Below are positions 48,914-60,000 of a DNA stretch of 64,000 nt, piece after piece. Below the pieces are notes generated by a model. The model had not been told where the DNA came from. It searched no databases and worked only from the letters and a program-made list of their open reading frames with translations. Position numbers and translations under genes: made by a program. The first letter of the stretch is position 1; every line of letters starts with the position of its first letter. Source of the stretch: Ranitomeya imitator (taxonomy: Eukaryota). The DNA is taken from the NCBI RefSeq assembly GCF_032444005.1, contig NC_091289.1, positions 179,676,001 to 179,740,000 on the forward strand, written 5' to 3'.

Positions 48914-50410
48914 CAGACCCTCAGCACCCGATGTACCTAGCTCCATCATCAGACCCTCAGCACCCAGTGTGCCAGACAGCACCATCACACCCTCAACACC
49001 AGTGTACCAGGCTGCACCATCACATCCACAGCACCCGCTGTACCACACAGCACAATCAGACCCTCAGCATCCGGTGTACCTAGCTCAACCATCACACCCT
49101 AAGCACCCAGTGTACCAGGCTGCACCATCACATCCACAGCACCCGCTGTACCAGGCAGCACAATCAGACCCTCAGCATCCAGTGTACCTAGCTCAACCAT
49201 CACACCCTAAGCACCCGGTGTACCAGGCTGCACCATCACACCCTCAGCACCCGGTGTACCAGGCTGCACCATCACATCCACAGCACCCGCTGTACCAGGC
49301 AGCACAATCAGACCCTCAGCATCCGGTGTACTTAGCTCAGCTCAACCATCACACCCTCAGCACCCAGTGTACCAGGCTGCACCATCACATCCACAGCACC
49401 CGCTGTACCAGGCAGTACAATCAGACCCTCAGCATCCGGTGTACCTAGCTCAACCATCACACCCTAAGCACCCAGTGTACCAGGCTGCACCATCACATCC
49501 ACAGCACCCGCTGTACCAGGCAGCACAATCAGACCCTCAGCATCCAGTGTACCTAGCTCAACCATCACACCCTAAGCACCCGGTGTACCAGGCTGCACCA
49601 TCACACCCTCAGCACCCGGTGTACCACGCTGCACCATCACATCCACAGCACCCGCTGTACCACGCAGCACAATCAGACCCTCCGCATCCGGTGTACCTAG
49701 CTCAACCATCACACCCTAAGCACCCAGTGTACCAGGCTGCACCATCACATCCACAGCACCCACTGTACCAGGCAGCACAATCAGACCCTCAGCATCCGGT
49801 GTACTTAGCTCAGCTCAACCATCACACCCTCAGCACCCGGTGTACCAGGCTGCACCATCACATCCACAGCACCCGCTGTACCACGCAGCACAATCAGACC
49901 CTCCGCATCCGGTGTACCTAGCTCAACCATCACACCCTAAGCACCCAGTGTACCAGGCTGCACCATCACATCCACAGCACCCACTGTACCAGGCAGCACA
50001 ATCAGACCCTCAGCATCCGGTGTACTTAGCTCAGCTCAACCATCACACCCTCAGCACCCAGTGTACCAGGCTGCACCATCACATCCACAGCACCCGCTGT
50101 ACCAGGCAGTACAATCAGACCCTCAGCATCCGGTGTACCTAGCTCAACCATCACACCCTCAGCACCTGGTGTACCTAGCTCAACCATCACACCCTCAGCA
50201 CCCGGTGTACCTAGCTGCATGATCACACCCTCAGCTCCCGGTGTACCCAGCTGCACCATGACACCCGATGTACCAGGCTGCACCATCACACCCTCAGCTC
50301 CTGATGTACCCAGCTGCACCATCATACCCTCTGCACCCGGTGTACCCAGCTGCACCATGACACCCGATGTACCAGGCTGCACCATCACACCCTCAGCACC
50401 CGGTGTACCG
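48914..50410. repeat. ~1.5-kb minisatellite of ~30-33-bp variant units with higher-order periodicity, directly downstream of the IPP stop codon
   Basis: ACCCTCAGCACCCGGTGTACCAGGCTGCACCATCAC-type units; repetitive translations in several frames. Confidence 0.93.
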
Positions 50411-50451
50411 CCAGACACGCTGCACCATCAGCCAGCACTGCAGTATTTGGG

Positions 50452-50971
50452 TCAGAGGACGGCCAGGCTCCCCTCACAGCGGCTCGTTATCATGCTGCCA
50501 ATCTCCGTCCAGGAGTCTGTATGTGGGTTATAGACCTCTACAGAGTCAGAAGTCACAGGGGCTGAATGATTCTGCATGCTGGATCTTCCCCCGGTGGCGT
50601 ACAGGAGCCCATTCACGCTGACCACAGAGACGCCCGCTCTGGGGACCCTCATTGGTGCCACATCCACCCACTTATCCTGCAAAGAAAAGAAGGAATGAAA
50701 AAGTTAGAAAAACTCTTCTGGCAGCTCAAGTCTTTATTATGTCCTGACAGTTTGTTACAATGTATCAGTGCAGGTTAAATGTATCAGTCCACAGTGGATG
50801 GATTACACGGACTACAACTGTAACAAGCCCTCAGCTATGAAGTTTTCAGCCTGCAGGTAAAATTTGACATTCATTGATAGCAAGCAGAAATCTTGAAAAT
50901 AGTAACATTTCTGAGAATAAAATCTATTAATTGTAAAGTTTTGTCTAAACACAAGACCCCTCCACCGTCCT

Positions 50972-51025
<54 letters not shown>

Positions 51026-54000
51026 TCCACAAAAGAAAACTTCTCCACCGTGTTTAAAAAATCCTGAGTCTCGTTCCAGCCGCCCACCGCATACAAGCAG
51101 TCGTTTAAAAAGGCTACGCCCAGGTACGCCCTGCGGGTCCCCATACGGGGGAGCGACATCCAGCGCTTGGTAATGGGATCAAATACTTCAGCTGAAGAAA
51201 GTTCTATCCCCTCCTGACCAATTCCACCGACCACATAGATCATCCCTAAAAAAGAATAAAACTCCAGCATCACAAAAGAATAGTGAGTGCAGCTCTGGGG
51301 TAGAATATAGGATGTAATGTAACTCATGATCAGTACAGGATATGTAATGTATGTACACAGTGACTGCACCAGCAGAATAGTGAGTGCAGCTCTGGAGTAT
51401 AATACAGGATGTAACTCAGGATCAGGAATGTAATGTATGTACACAGTGACTGCACCAGCAGAATAGTGAGTGCAGCTCTGGGGTATAATACAGGATGTAA
51501 CTCAGGATCAGTAATGTATGTACACAGTGGCTGCACCAGCAGAATAGTGAGTGCAGCTCTGGAGTATAATACAGGATGTAACTCAGGATCAGTAATGTAT
51601 GTACACAGTGACTGCACCAGCAGAATAGTGAGTGCAGCTCTGGAGTATAATACAGGATGTAACTCAGGATCAGTAATGTATGTACACAGTGACTGCACCA
51701 GCAGAATAGTGAGTGCAGCTCTGGAGTATAATACAGGATGTAACTCAGGATCAGGAATGTAATGTATGTACACAGTGACTGCACCAGCAGAATAGTGAGT
51801 GCAGTTCTGGAGTATAATACAGGATGTAACTCAGGATCAGTAATGTAATGTATGTACACAGCGACTGCACCAGCAGAATAGTGAGTGCAGCTCTGGAGTA
51901 TAATACAGGATGTAACTCAGGATCAGGAATGTAATGTATGTACACAGTGACTGCACCAGCAGAATAGTGAGTGCAGCTCTGGGGTATAATACAGGATGTA
52001 ACTCAGGATCAGGAATGTATAGTGACTTAGGTTTGTTTCTATACATATATAAAGTTGTTCATTTGGTTCTGTGTTAGGTAGACCATCTCTCTATGAGGCT
52101 GGGGTCACATGGAGCTTTTGTCTCATACCCATCATCCAGACAGTTGATGCATTCTGAATGCATAGTCATCCCAATAATTGGCCACATGAGGGCGCTATTA
52201 CATTACACTATGCCATCTGATGTATCAGAGCTGTTATATGGGCACTAGAAATGACAAATTTCTTTGAGGACTAAATATTAAAAGAAAAAAAAAAGTGCAC
52301 TGCTCACCTTGGCTCTCGCAGCAAGCAAAATTATATCTCGGCACAGACATCTGTCCCACCACCTGCCAGGCATTGTCCTCTGGTGAAAATCGCTCAATAT
52401 CATTTCCAATCTCTGCTCCAACCCAGCCGCCTGTGGTGACAAATGAGGATAATTCTGCTCTCTACTCTCGGTCTGCGACACAGATACAAGTCTCAGTCAT
52501 CAATCATAGGAGCGGCGCTCACCCATTGCGTAGATTGCGCCGTGGCAGGAACACACTCCCAGACTGCAACGTGGCTGGTTCATGGAGGGAACCGCTGTCC
52601 ACTGCTTAGTCACAGGGTCGTAGCACTCCACACAGTCGAAGATCATGGAGTCCTTTTCCCCTGCAGACAAGTTTTACAAACTGCAAACATTAAAAGCATT
52701 TTATACAAACTGCCTGATCCATATTGGGGGATCAGGAGACCCCTGTATACATCAGATGGGGGGACGATCCTCTCCAGGTTTGGGTGTCTGAAATCTTATG
52801 TGTATGTCGGCCTTTAGACCAAATAAATCCCTTTCCTGTCATCAGATGCTCATTCCTCGGTCTCCTTCATACGTCCTTGAAGCACAGACTGCTCTGACTG
52901 CAGTATCCAGAGGGGCCGGTGGGACCCCTGACCGGACCTGAGCAATGGGCCTCATAAAGTGCTGCACACACCGATGAGAGGAGCATTGGTACGATGGAAG
53001 TGCATAGACGGCGGCTTTACATTTAGGGTATGTGCACACGTTGCAGATTTCCTGCAAATCTACAGCGTTTTTTTCCGCGCAGAAATGATGCAGATCCGCA
53101 AGTGATTTACAGTACAATGTAAATCATTGGCAAAAAAAAAAATGCTGTGATGATGGTGAGGAAAAATCTGCATGGAAGATGCAGAAGATTCAAAAAAGGA
53201 CCATGTCAATTCTTTGTGCAGAACTGCTGCGTTTCTGCACCCATTCCATAATAGAAATCTGCAGGGGTAAAAAAAGGAAGAAATCCGCACAAAAATCTGC
53301 AACGTGTGCACATACCAAAAAAAGGTGCAGATTCTGACCTGCGTTTTCTGCAAAGAAATACAGAATCTGCACAGAAAATTCCACAGTCAAATCTGCAACG
53401 TGTGCACATAGCCTTACATGTGATGGAACGGAACGTGTGATATTTGGGGGGTCTCACCTCCAACTACGTAGATCTTCCCGTCCAGGACGGCGGCGCTCAT
53501 CCCGCTCCGTGCCTGGTGCAGGGAGGACACCGTACTCCAGTACTGACTGAACGTATCAAACCTCTCCACGCAGCTCAGCGCTCTGCTGTCACTCCACCGT
53601 CCACCCTGCAGACGGATGTATCCTCCTGTATGGAGGGAGGTCTGTGTGTCAGGAGGGGGAGCTTGGCATAACCCCGTCGCACACCTTTCGGGATAGCCTT
53701 ACCTATTGCATAGAGGAATTTGCGCGCTTTCCTGCGAGGCCGAACACGTGAGGTCTGGAGGAAGTTGCAGAGCTTCTTATCTTTAGGGGACAGGCTGGGT
53801 TCAAAGTATTCCCTTAGAAGTGTATGCAGCGCCACCCGCAGGCTGAAGTCTGTTACTTCTGTAACAAGGAGAGAAAGGCTATGAGATGTCCCGATCAGTG
53901 GTGCAGTAAACGGCGACAGCTCTGATCACTGGCGGACACAGACGGTAAAGGGCCCCTGTGCAAGAATAATATATGGGCCCTTTGCAGCCCAAGAGCTCCT

Positions 54001-55482
54001 AAAAATGCAAAACTGCACGTGCTGTGGAGGTAGAAATGGGCCCTCTTACCTCTTGGGCCCCTGTGCAGGCTGCACCAATGATATGTCCGCCCCTGGTTCT
54101 TACCTTCGATATTCTTCTGAAGACGTTGTGGAGGGAGCAGTGAGAAGCGCACGGGCTCCAGCACCTCGACGACATGTCTCTTCCGAGTCGCAGTGTCTTT
54201 CTGAAGCCAAGACATTGCGGCAGAGAATACCTGATGCTCCTCTTCGATGCACAGCTCTTCACTGCGCAGGAGACGGATCAGCTGCTCCTTTGTCAGCATC
54301 AGAAATTCGTCCCCCTGCTGCGCCGCCGGGAAATGAGCGTGGATGTAGCTTTCGGTGAATTCTAACAACGGCTGACAGGCCAGCTGCTCGGAGAACTGGA
54401 AGAAGCCAATGCAATTGCCCGGCTCTATCTGCTCCTTTAAGAAATCGCAGCACAGCGCCACCACGTGGTTCAGCTGCAACATGTCGGCCGCTGTCATCAA
54501 TTCCTGCACGTTCTCCGAGCTGATGAGGACCGAGCCTGGGACAGAAAACAGAAAATATCACAGGGAATATAAGTCCCTTTCTGTTTCTGGGAAAGATGGA
54601 TGACCCCCCCCCCCCCCCAATATGGCTGCAAATCCATCTCCCAGGGAACTACCCCACCTCATACATTCCTGCCTAATTATGGGCTCACATAAGGGAAGAA
54701 GGAACTTTCAGAATAACCGTATTGCTTCTCACCCAGATTTCCTAGATGTTCTTTGCTCCCCTATTACTACATAATTAGGAAGTTTGCCTTTTCAGGAGCC
54801 TAGAAAAGCGCCAATAACCCTTGCGAGAGCTATAATGACGTTTTTGCTTTTATTCAACTTTACCACCTATGGATATGACTAGAAAAACCTGAATACGTTT
54901 TTTTTTTTTTTTTAAAACATGATGAGACGTTACTGATGTAGCAGAACTGACTTTGTATTTCTACTATTTCTTCTGTAAATTGCAATATTTCACCTGCAGC
55001 TTTATGAAAACCACAGACGCCGCAGCGCATGAGGCAAACTTTGCCAGCAATGCCAGATGGCCAGTCCGGCCCTGAGTCTAAGTGTATAGTAAATCTCCCC
55101 CGCACACTCAGCTCTGCTACATCTGTAAATATAAAAGTCATTCCGACTGCAGGCACAAGAGATGGGGAGATAATTATCGCATCCACTTACCAGTGTAGAT
55201 AAAATCCAGCAGCAGCTGAAAGATGTCGGCTTCCACCTCCTGAATCCGGACCACATCGCCGGCCGACTCCTTCATGCCACCTGACAGCAGAGCTGCAAAG
55301 TAAGGACTGCTGGCGGCCAGCACCAGTTTATGCACCCCGAAAACCACCTGGCCGATGTGGACGTGCAGGTCGCAGAACTCCAGCTGTTGCCTCATCTTAT
55401 TCATCTGCTGCAGAACCAGCTGTGCGTGCTCTCCTACTGAGTGCAAGGAGGCGGCCATGCTCGTGGTGGACGCCAGCGCCAT
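50452..55482 (-). CDS. IPP: Actin-binding BTB-BACK-Kelch protein IPP (KLHL27); complement join(55191..55482,54104..54535,53703..53858,53458..53625,52523..52660,52308..52430,51025..51245,50452..50676), 584 aa
   Basis: All eight exons have GT-AG sites and consistent phases (292+432+156+168+138+123+221+225 = 1755 nt). BTB motif HKLVLAASSPYF, BACK domain, six Kelch repeats (RWSDSRALSCVERFDTFSQYW) and C-terminus MITSRCEGSLAVL match vertebrate IPP. Confidence 0.96.
50975..51023. repeat. (ATT)16 microsatellite abutting an IPP 5' splice site
   Basis: On the - strand the intron begins GT-AATAATAAT... Confidence 0.95.
51277..52020. repeat. 81/86-bp tandem array (~9 copies) in an IPP intron
   Basis: AGAATAGTGAGTGCAGCTCTGG(A/G)GTATAATACAGGATGTAAC... 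recurs at 51277, 51374, 51460, 51541, 51622, 51703, 51789, 51875, 51961. Confidence 0.93.
53026..53413. mobile_element. Harbinger-type MITE in an IPP intron
   Basis: TIRs GGGTATGTGCACACG / CGTGTGCACATAGCC, TSD TTA/TTA. Confidence 0.85.
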
Positions 55483-56564
55483 GATTGCAACAGAAAATAA
55501 GCTGGAAAAACAAAAAGGATCACAGAACGGGGGTTGAGTACATATTCAAGTGGGACAAATCTAATATGATGTTTTTAGCCTTAAAGAGAACAGCATGAAG
55601 TACGGCAGAGACCCTGATTCCAGTCATGTGTCACTTACTATTGCTGTTTTAAAAGCAGGAGAGTATCACTACAGGACTTGGTGTCTGGTGCCTCCAGGAC
55701 AACTTATTCTGGGTAACCCACCCACCAATGACTGGCAGTTTTCTGCCTATGCACAGTGTACATAGGAATCTGCCAATCAGTGGTGTGGACAGGGTTATAC
55801 ACAGCTCGGCATTCTGAGCACTGCTACATCTATAACAGAAAAAAATAGTGATTGTATCAAAATGACGGCATGCAGACCAATAAGTGACACATCGCTGGAA
55901 TCGGGGTCTTTGCCCCTACATCATGCTGCTCTCAGATTATGTAACAAAAACCTGGTGATAAACCCTAGCTCTTGTCCCAAAGAACTGAATGCTGCAGAAA
56001 TGTTTGCCGGCCAAGAAAAGTCGTGGCAAAAAGCAACTTTCTGCTCTTGACATGTTGGATCAATAACAGGCGAGTGACGTCGACTAACGTAAGGGCTTAT
56101 TCAGACATCGGTTTTTCTCGTACATGGTTCTATCAGCGTTTTTCCAGGATAGAGCACCCCATTATAGTGTATGGGGCTGTTCAGATGTCCGTGGATTTTT
56201 ATGGACAATGATAAACTCTAAATTACTGAGAAATGTCAGTTTGCAGAGTGCAAGAGAAGGGGGCGACCTGCGACCGCCAGGACCCAAAAACCCAACCTGG
56301 GGGATGTCAGTACCCGGCCATGTCAGCCCTGTAAGGATTACCAGGGGCCACCACCAGCTCCAAAGCAGGAGAACTGTGCATTATGAGGACTTCTAGGACT
56401 GTAATGGGCCCGTATAGTGTTCATATACAGGGGTCTCTCCTGTCTGTGTCCCAGGTGTGAGGGGCACAGCTGTAACACTGTATCCCTGCTGAGGGGTCGC
56501 ACTGGGCTACAATGTACCGGGGGGGTGAGGAGGCAGCACCGTCTGCACAGCCGCACTCACTTAC

Positions 56565-56650
56565 CTGCTCTCCAGCTTTGTTGTGATGACGTCATGCCGT
56601 TTACGTTCTCTCTGAGATCCGGCCAGTGCGGGCGGCCATGTTGGAGGTGG
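56565..56650 (-). other. IPP: IPP non-coding first exon (5' end approximate)
   Basis: Donor CAG|GTAAGT at 56564 in a CpG island; the next acceptor at 55502 precedes the ATG exon. Confidence 0.65.
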
Positions 56651-57084
56651 CGGGAGGAATTCCGGTAGAGCCGGGGTCCACATGTGCGGTCTGTGGTGCT
56701 GTCAGGGTGCTCTGTAAGGCGTGTACGGACTCTGACTACTGCAGTGCTCGGGGCGGCCATTCCCTACCGTATAGAGAGGGGATAACAAATGCTGATAATA
56801 TACTCAGTGCCGCATGCAGCCATGGCCTCGGCGCTCTTCACCTCTGAAATCCTCTGTGCTGCTCTGAGAGCCTGCTGCTTCCACTGTGTAATTATCAGTT
56901 ACTGCTAAGCTCAGCACATCTCCTGAAATCCTCTGTGCTGCTGTCAGTGACTACCTATATGGTCACAGCATTTCTCTCCTGTAATCCTCTGTGCTGCTGT
57001 AAGACCCTGCTCCCTCCACTATGTGAGTGTTCGTCTCACATCTGATCGGATCAGTGTTGTGGTGTAGGCTCTGGCAGCGGAGAG
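56580..57084. promoter_or_regulatory. Bidirectional CpG-rich promoter region for IPP (-) and DPH2 (+)
   Basis: Divergent first exons ~0.5 kb apart; CRE TGACGTCA 56587-94, YY1-like GGCGGCCATGTT ~56631. Confidence 0.65.
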
Positions 57085-60000
57085 ATGACGAGTGCCGGAT
57101 TCAGCAGTGATGGGGCCGATGTCATCCAGCGGGAGCTGATCCCTCCAGACCCTGATGATCCTGTGATCGCCGACGAATCGCTGGAGGAGACCTATGACAT
57201 TCTCCGAACCATTGATTTCATCAAGGAAAAAGCAGCAAAAAAGGTGTGACCACTCTGCCCCGCGTCCCCCGTCCCCCTGCCCCGCGTCCCCCTGCCCCGC
57301 GTCCCCCGTCCCCCTGCCCCGCGTCCCTCTGCCCCGCGTCCCTCTGCCCCGCGTCCCTCTGCCCCGCGTCCCTCTGCCCCGCGTCCCTCTGCCCCGCGTC
57401 CCTCTGCCCCGCGTCCCTCTGCCCCGCGTCCCTCTGCCCCGCGTCCCTCTGCCCCGCGTCCCTCTGCCCCGCGTCCCCCGTCCCTCTGCCCCCCGTCCCT
57501 CTGCCCCGCGTCCCCCTGCCCCGCGTCCCCCTGCCCCGCGTCCCCCTGCCCCGCGTCCCCCCGTCCCCCCGTCCCTCTGCCCCGCGTCCCCCCGTCCCTC
57601 TGCCCCGCGTCCCCCCGTCCCTCTGCCCCGCGTCCCTCTGCCCCGCGCCCCTCTGCCCCGCGCCCCCCTGCCCCGCGCCCCCCTGCCCCGCGCCCCCCTG
57701 CCCCGCGCCCCTCTGCCCCGCGCCCCCCTGCCCCGCGCCCCTCTGCCCCGCGCCCCTCTGCCCCGCGCCCCTCTGCCCCGCGCCCCTCTGCCCCGCGCCC
57801 CTCTGCCCCGCGCCCCTCTGCCCCGCGCCCCTCTGCCCCGCGCCCCTCTGCCCCGCGCCCCTCTGCCCCGCGCCCCTCTGCCCCGCGCCCCTCTGCCCCG
57901 CGCCCCTCTGCCCCGCGCCCCTCTGCCCCGCGTCCCCCCGTCCCTCTGCCCCCCGTCCCTCTGCCCCGCGTCCCTCTGCCCCCCGTCCCTCTGCCCCGCG
58001 TCCCTCTGCCCCGCGTCCCCCGTCCCTCTGCCCCCCGTCCCTCTGCCCCGCGTCCCCCTGCCCCGCGTCCCCCTGCCCCGCGTCCCCCCGTCCCGCGTCC
58101 CCCCGTCCCTCTGCCCCGCGTCCCCCCGTCCCTCTGCCCCGCGTCCCTCTGCCCCGCGTCCCTCTGCCCCGCGCCCCTCTGCCCCGCGCCCCCCTGCCCC
58201 GCGCCCCTCTGCCCCGCGCCCCCCTGCCCCGCGCCCCTCTGCCCCGCGCCCCTCTGCCCCGCGCCCCTCTGCCCCGCGCCCCTCTGCCCCGCGCCCCTCT
58301 GCCCCGCGCCCCTCTGCCCCGCGCCCCTCTGCCCCGCGCCCCTCTGCCCCGCGTCCCCCCGTCCCTCTGCCCCCCGTCCCTCTGCCCCCCGTCCCTCTGC
58401 CCCCCGTCCCTCTGCCCCCCGTCCCTCTGCCCCCCGTCCCTCTGCCCCCCGTCCCTCTGCCCCGCGTCCCTCTGCCCCGCGTCCCCCCGTCCCTCTGCCC
58501 CGCGTCCCTCTGCCCCGCGTCCCTCTGCCCCGCGTCCCTCTGCCCCGCGTCCCCCGTCCCTCTGCCCCCCGTCCCTCTGCCCCGCGTCCCTCTGCCCCGC
58601 GTCCCTCTGCCCCGCGTCCCTCTGCCCCGCGTCCCTCTGCCCCGCGTCCCTCTGCCCCGCGTCCCTCTGCCCCGCGTCCCTCTGCCCCCCGTCCCTCTGC
58701 CCCCCGTCCCCCCGTCCCGCTGCCCCCCGTCCCTCTGCCCCGCGTCCCTCTGCCCCGCGCCCCTCTGCCCCCCGTCCCTCTGCCCCGCGTCCCTCTGCCC
58801 CGCGCCCCTCTGCCCCGCGCCCCTCTGCCCCGCGCCCCTCTGCCCCGCGCCCCTCTTCCCTCTGCCCCACACCCCCCTGCCCTGCTTCACAGCACTGATC
58901 TCTCTCCTCCTATCCTGGATCTGACTTTACACTGATACGTTGTAAAACCCCCTCAGCTGTTGACTTTATATCGCCTAGAGGTGAGAATTAAAAAAAAAAA
59001 GAAAAAAAGTTTATTAGAAAGTTGCAGAACTTTTTTTTGTACAAGGATTATGTTTCAGTCTGTATCGGCTAATTCCATCCTCCTGTCTCCCAGGTGGCCC
59101 TGCAGTTCCCCGATGATCTCCTCGGCTGCTCCGTCACTATTGCCAAAAAACTGGAGGACGCTACCGGAGCCAAAATCTACATCTTGGGGGACACGTCTTA
59201 TGGCAGGTGAGGGGCGTCAAGTCTTATGCAAGGGTGGTATGAGGTCACTTTTTAACTATCATGTCCACCTTTTCATCTCCCATAGGGATAACACCCAGCT
59301 TTCCTAAAGTCCTGATTGTAAGGTTGTAGTCAGATGTCGTCTCTGGTTCATTCATTCAGGACGGCTGATTAACCCCTTCCCACCCCGTGTTATAATAGTA
59401 CATCAATGTCTGTGCCAGAAGCGCATAAACTGGTAATGATGAAGTGATTGCTACGTCAAGTCCCCTAGGGGATGTGTCCAAAAACAAAAAAAAAAGCAAT
59501 GCAGCTCAATAAAGTGCAATTAAATAAAATTCTCAGATTAGATAAATAAATATTACTTTACATTTCAAAAAAACAAAACGTTTCCTACCTCTGCCACTGT
59601 AACCGGCGAGCGTTAAAGTAAAGTCATCATTTCTATCGCACAGAACAGAGGGGACAAAATGCAATGGTGCAATTACTTTTTTCCATCCTCCCACCATAGA
59701 AAAATAAACGCAGAGCAAAATTGTAGCAACAAAACTACAATAAACACCATGAAAACTTGTCCTGCAAATAAACGGTTGTATGGTCAGAGAATTTAGCTCT
59801 ACATCTTTAAATAATAGAAAATGGGCCATTTCTGAAGGGGTTAAAGCCCCCACGGGATCTGTCCCCCTGGACCCGGGCCGTACTGCGGTCGGTCTCGTAT
59901 TCCTCCTATTAATGCTTTCTTCCATTAGCTGCTGTGTGGACGAGGTGGCGGCGGAGCACGTCGGAGCTGAGGCTTTGGTACACTATGGTCGGGCCTGTCT

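Noticed and set aside
48760-50533. Repetitive HPQHP/YQAAP and GTPGAEG ORFs
   Set aside because: Translations of the minisatellite downstream of the IPP stop; frames shift with unit length and there is no splice or start context
50812-51444. 210-aa ORF with a poly-Ile tract
   Set aside because: It is IPP exon 51025-51245 read through into intronic repeat and microsatellite on both sides
57019-58924. Four ORFs of 549-623 aa on both strands (RG-, GQR- and P-rich)
   Set aside because: They are translations of a 15-bp repeat that lacks stop codons; the region is DPH2 intron 1, bounded by in-phase splice sites
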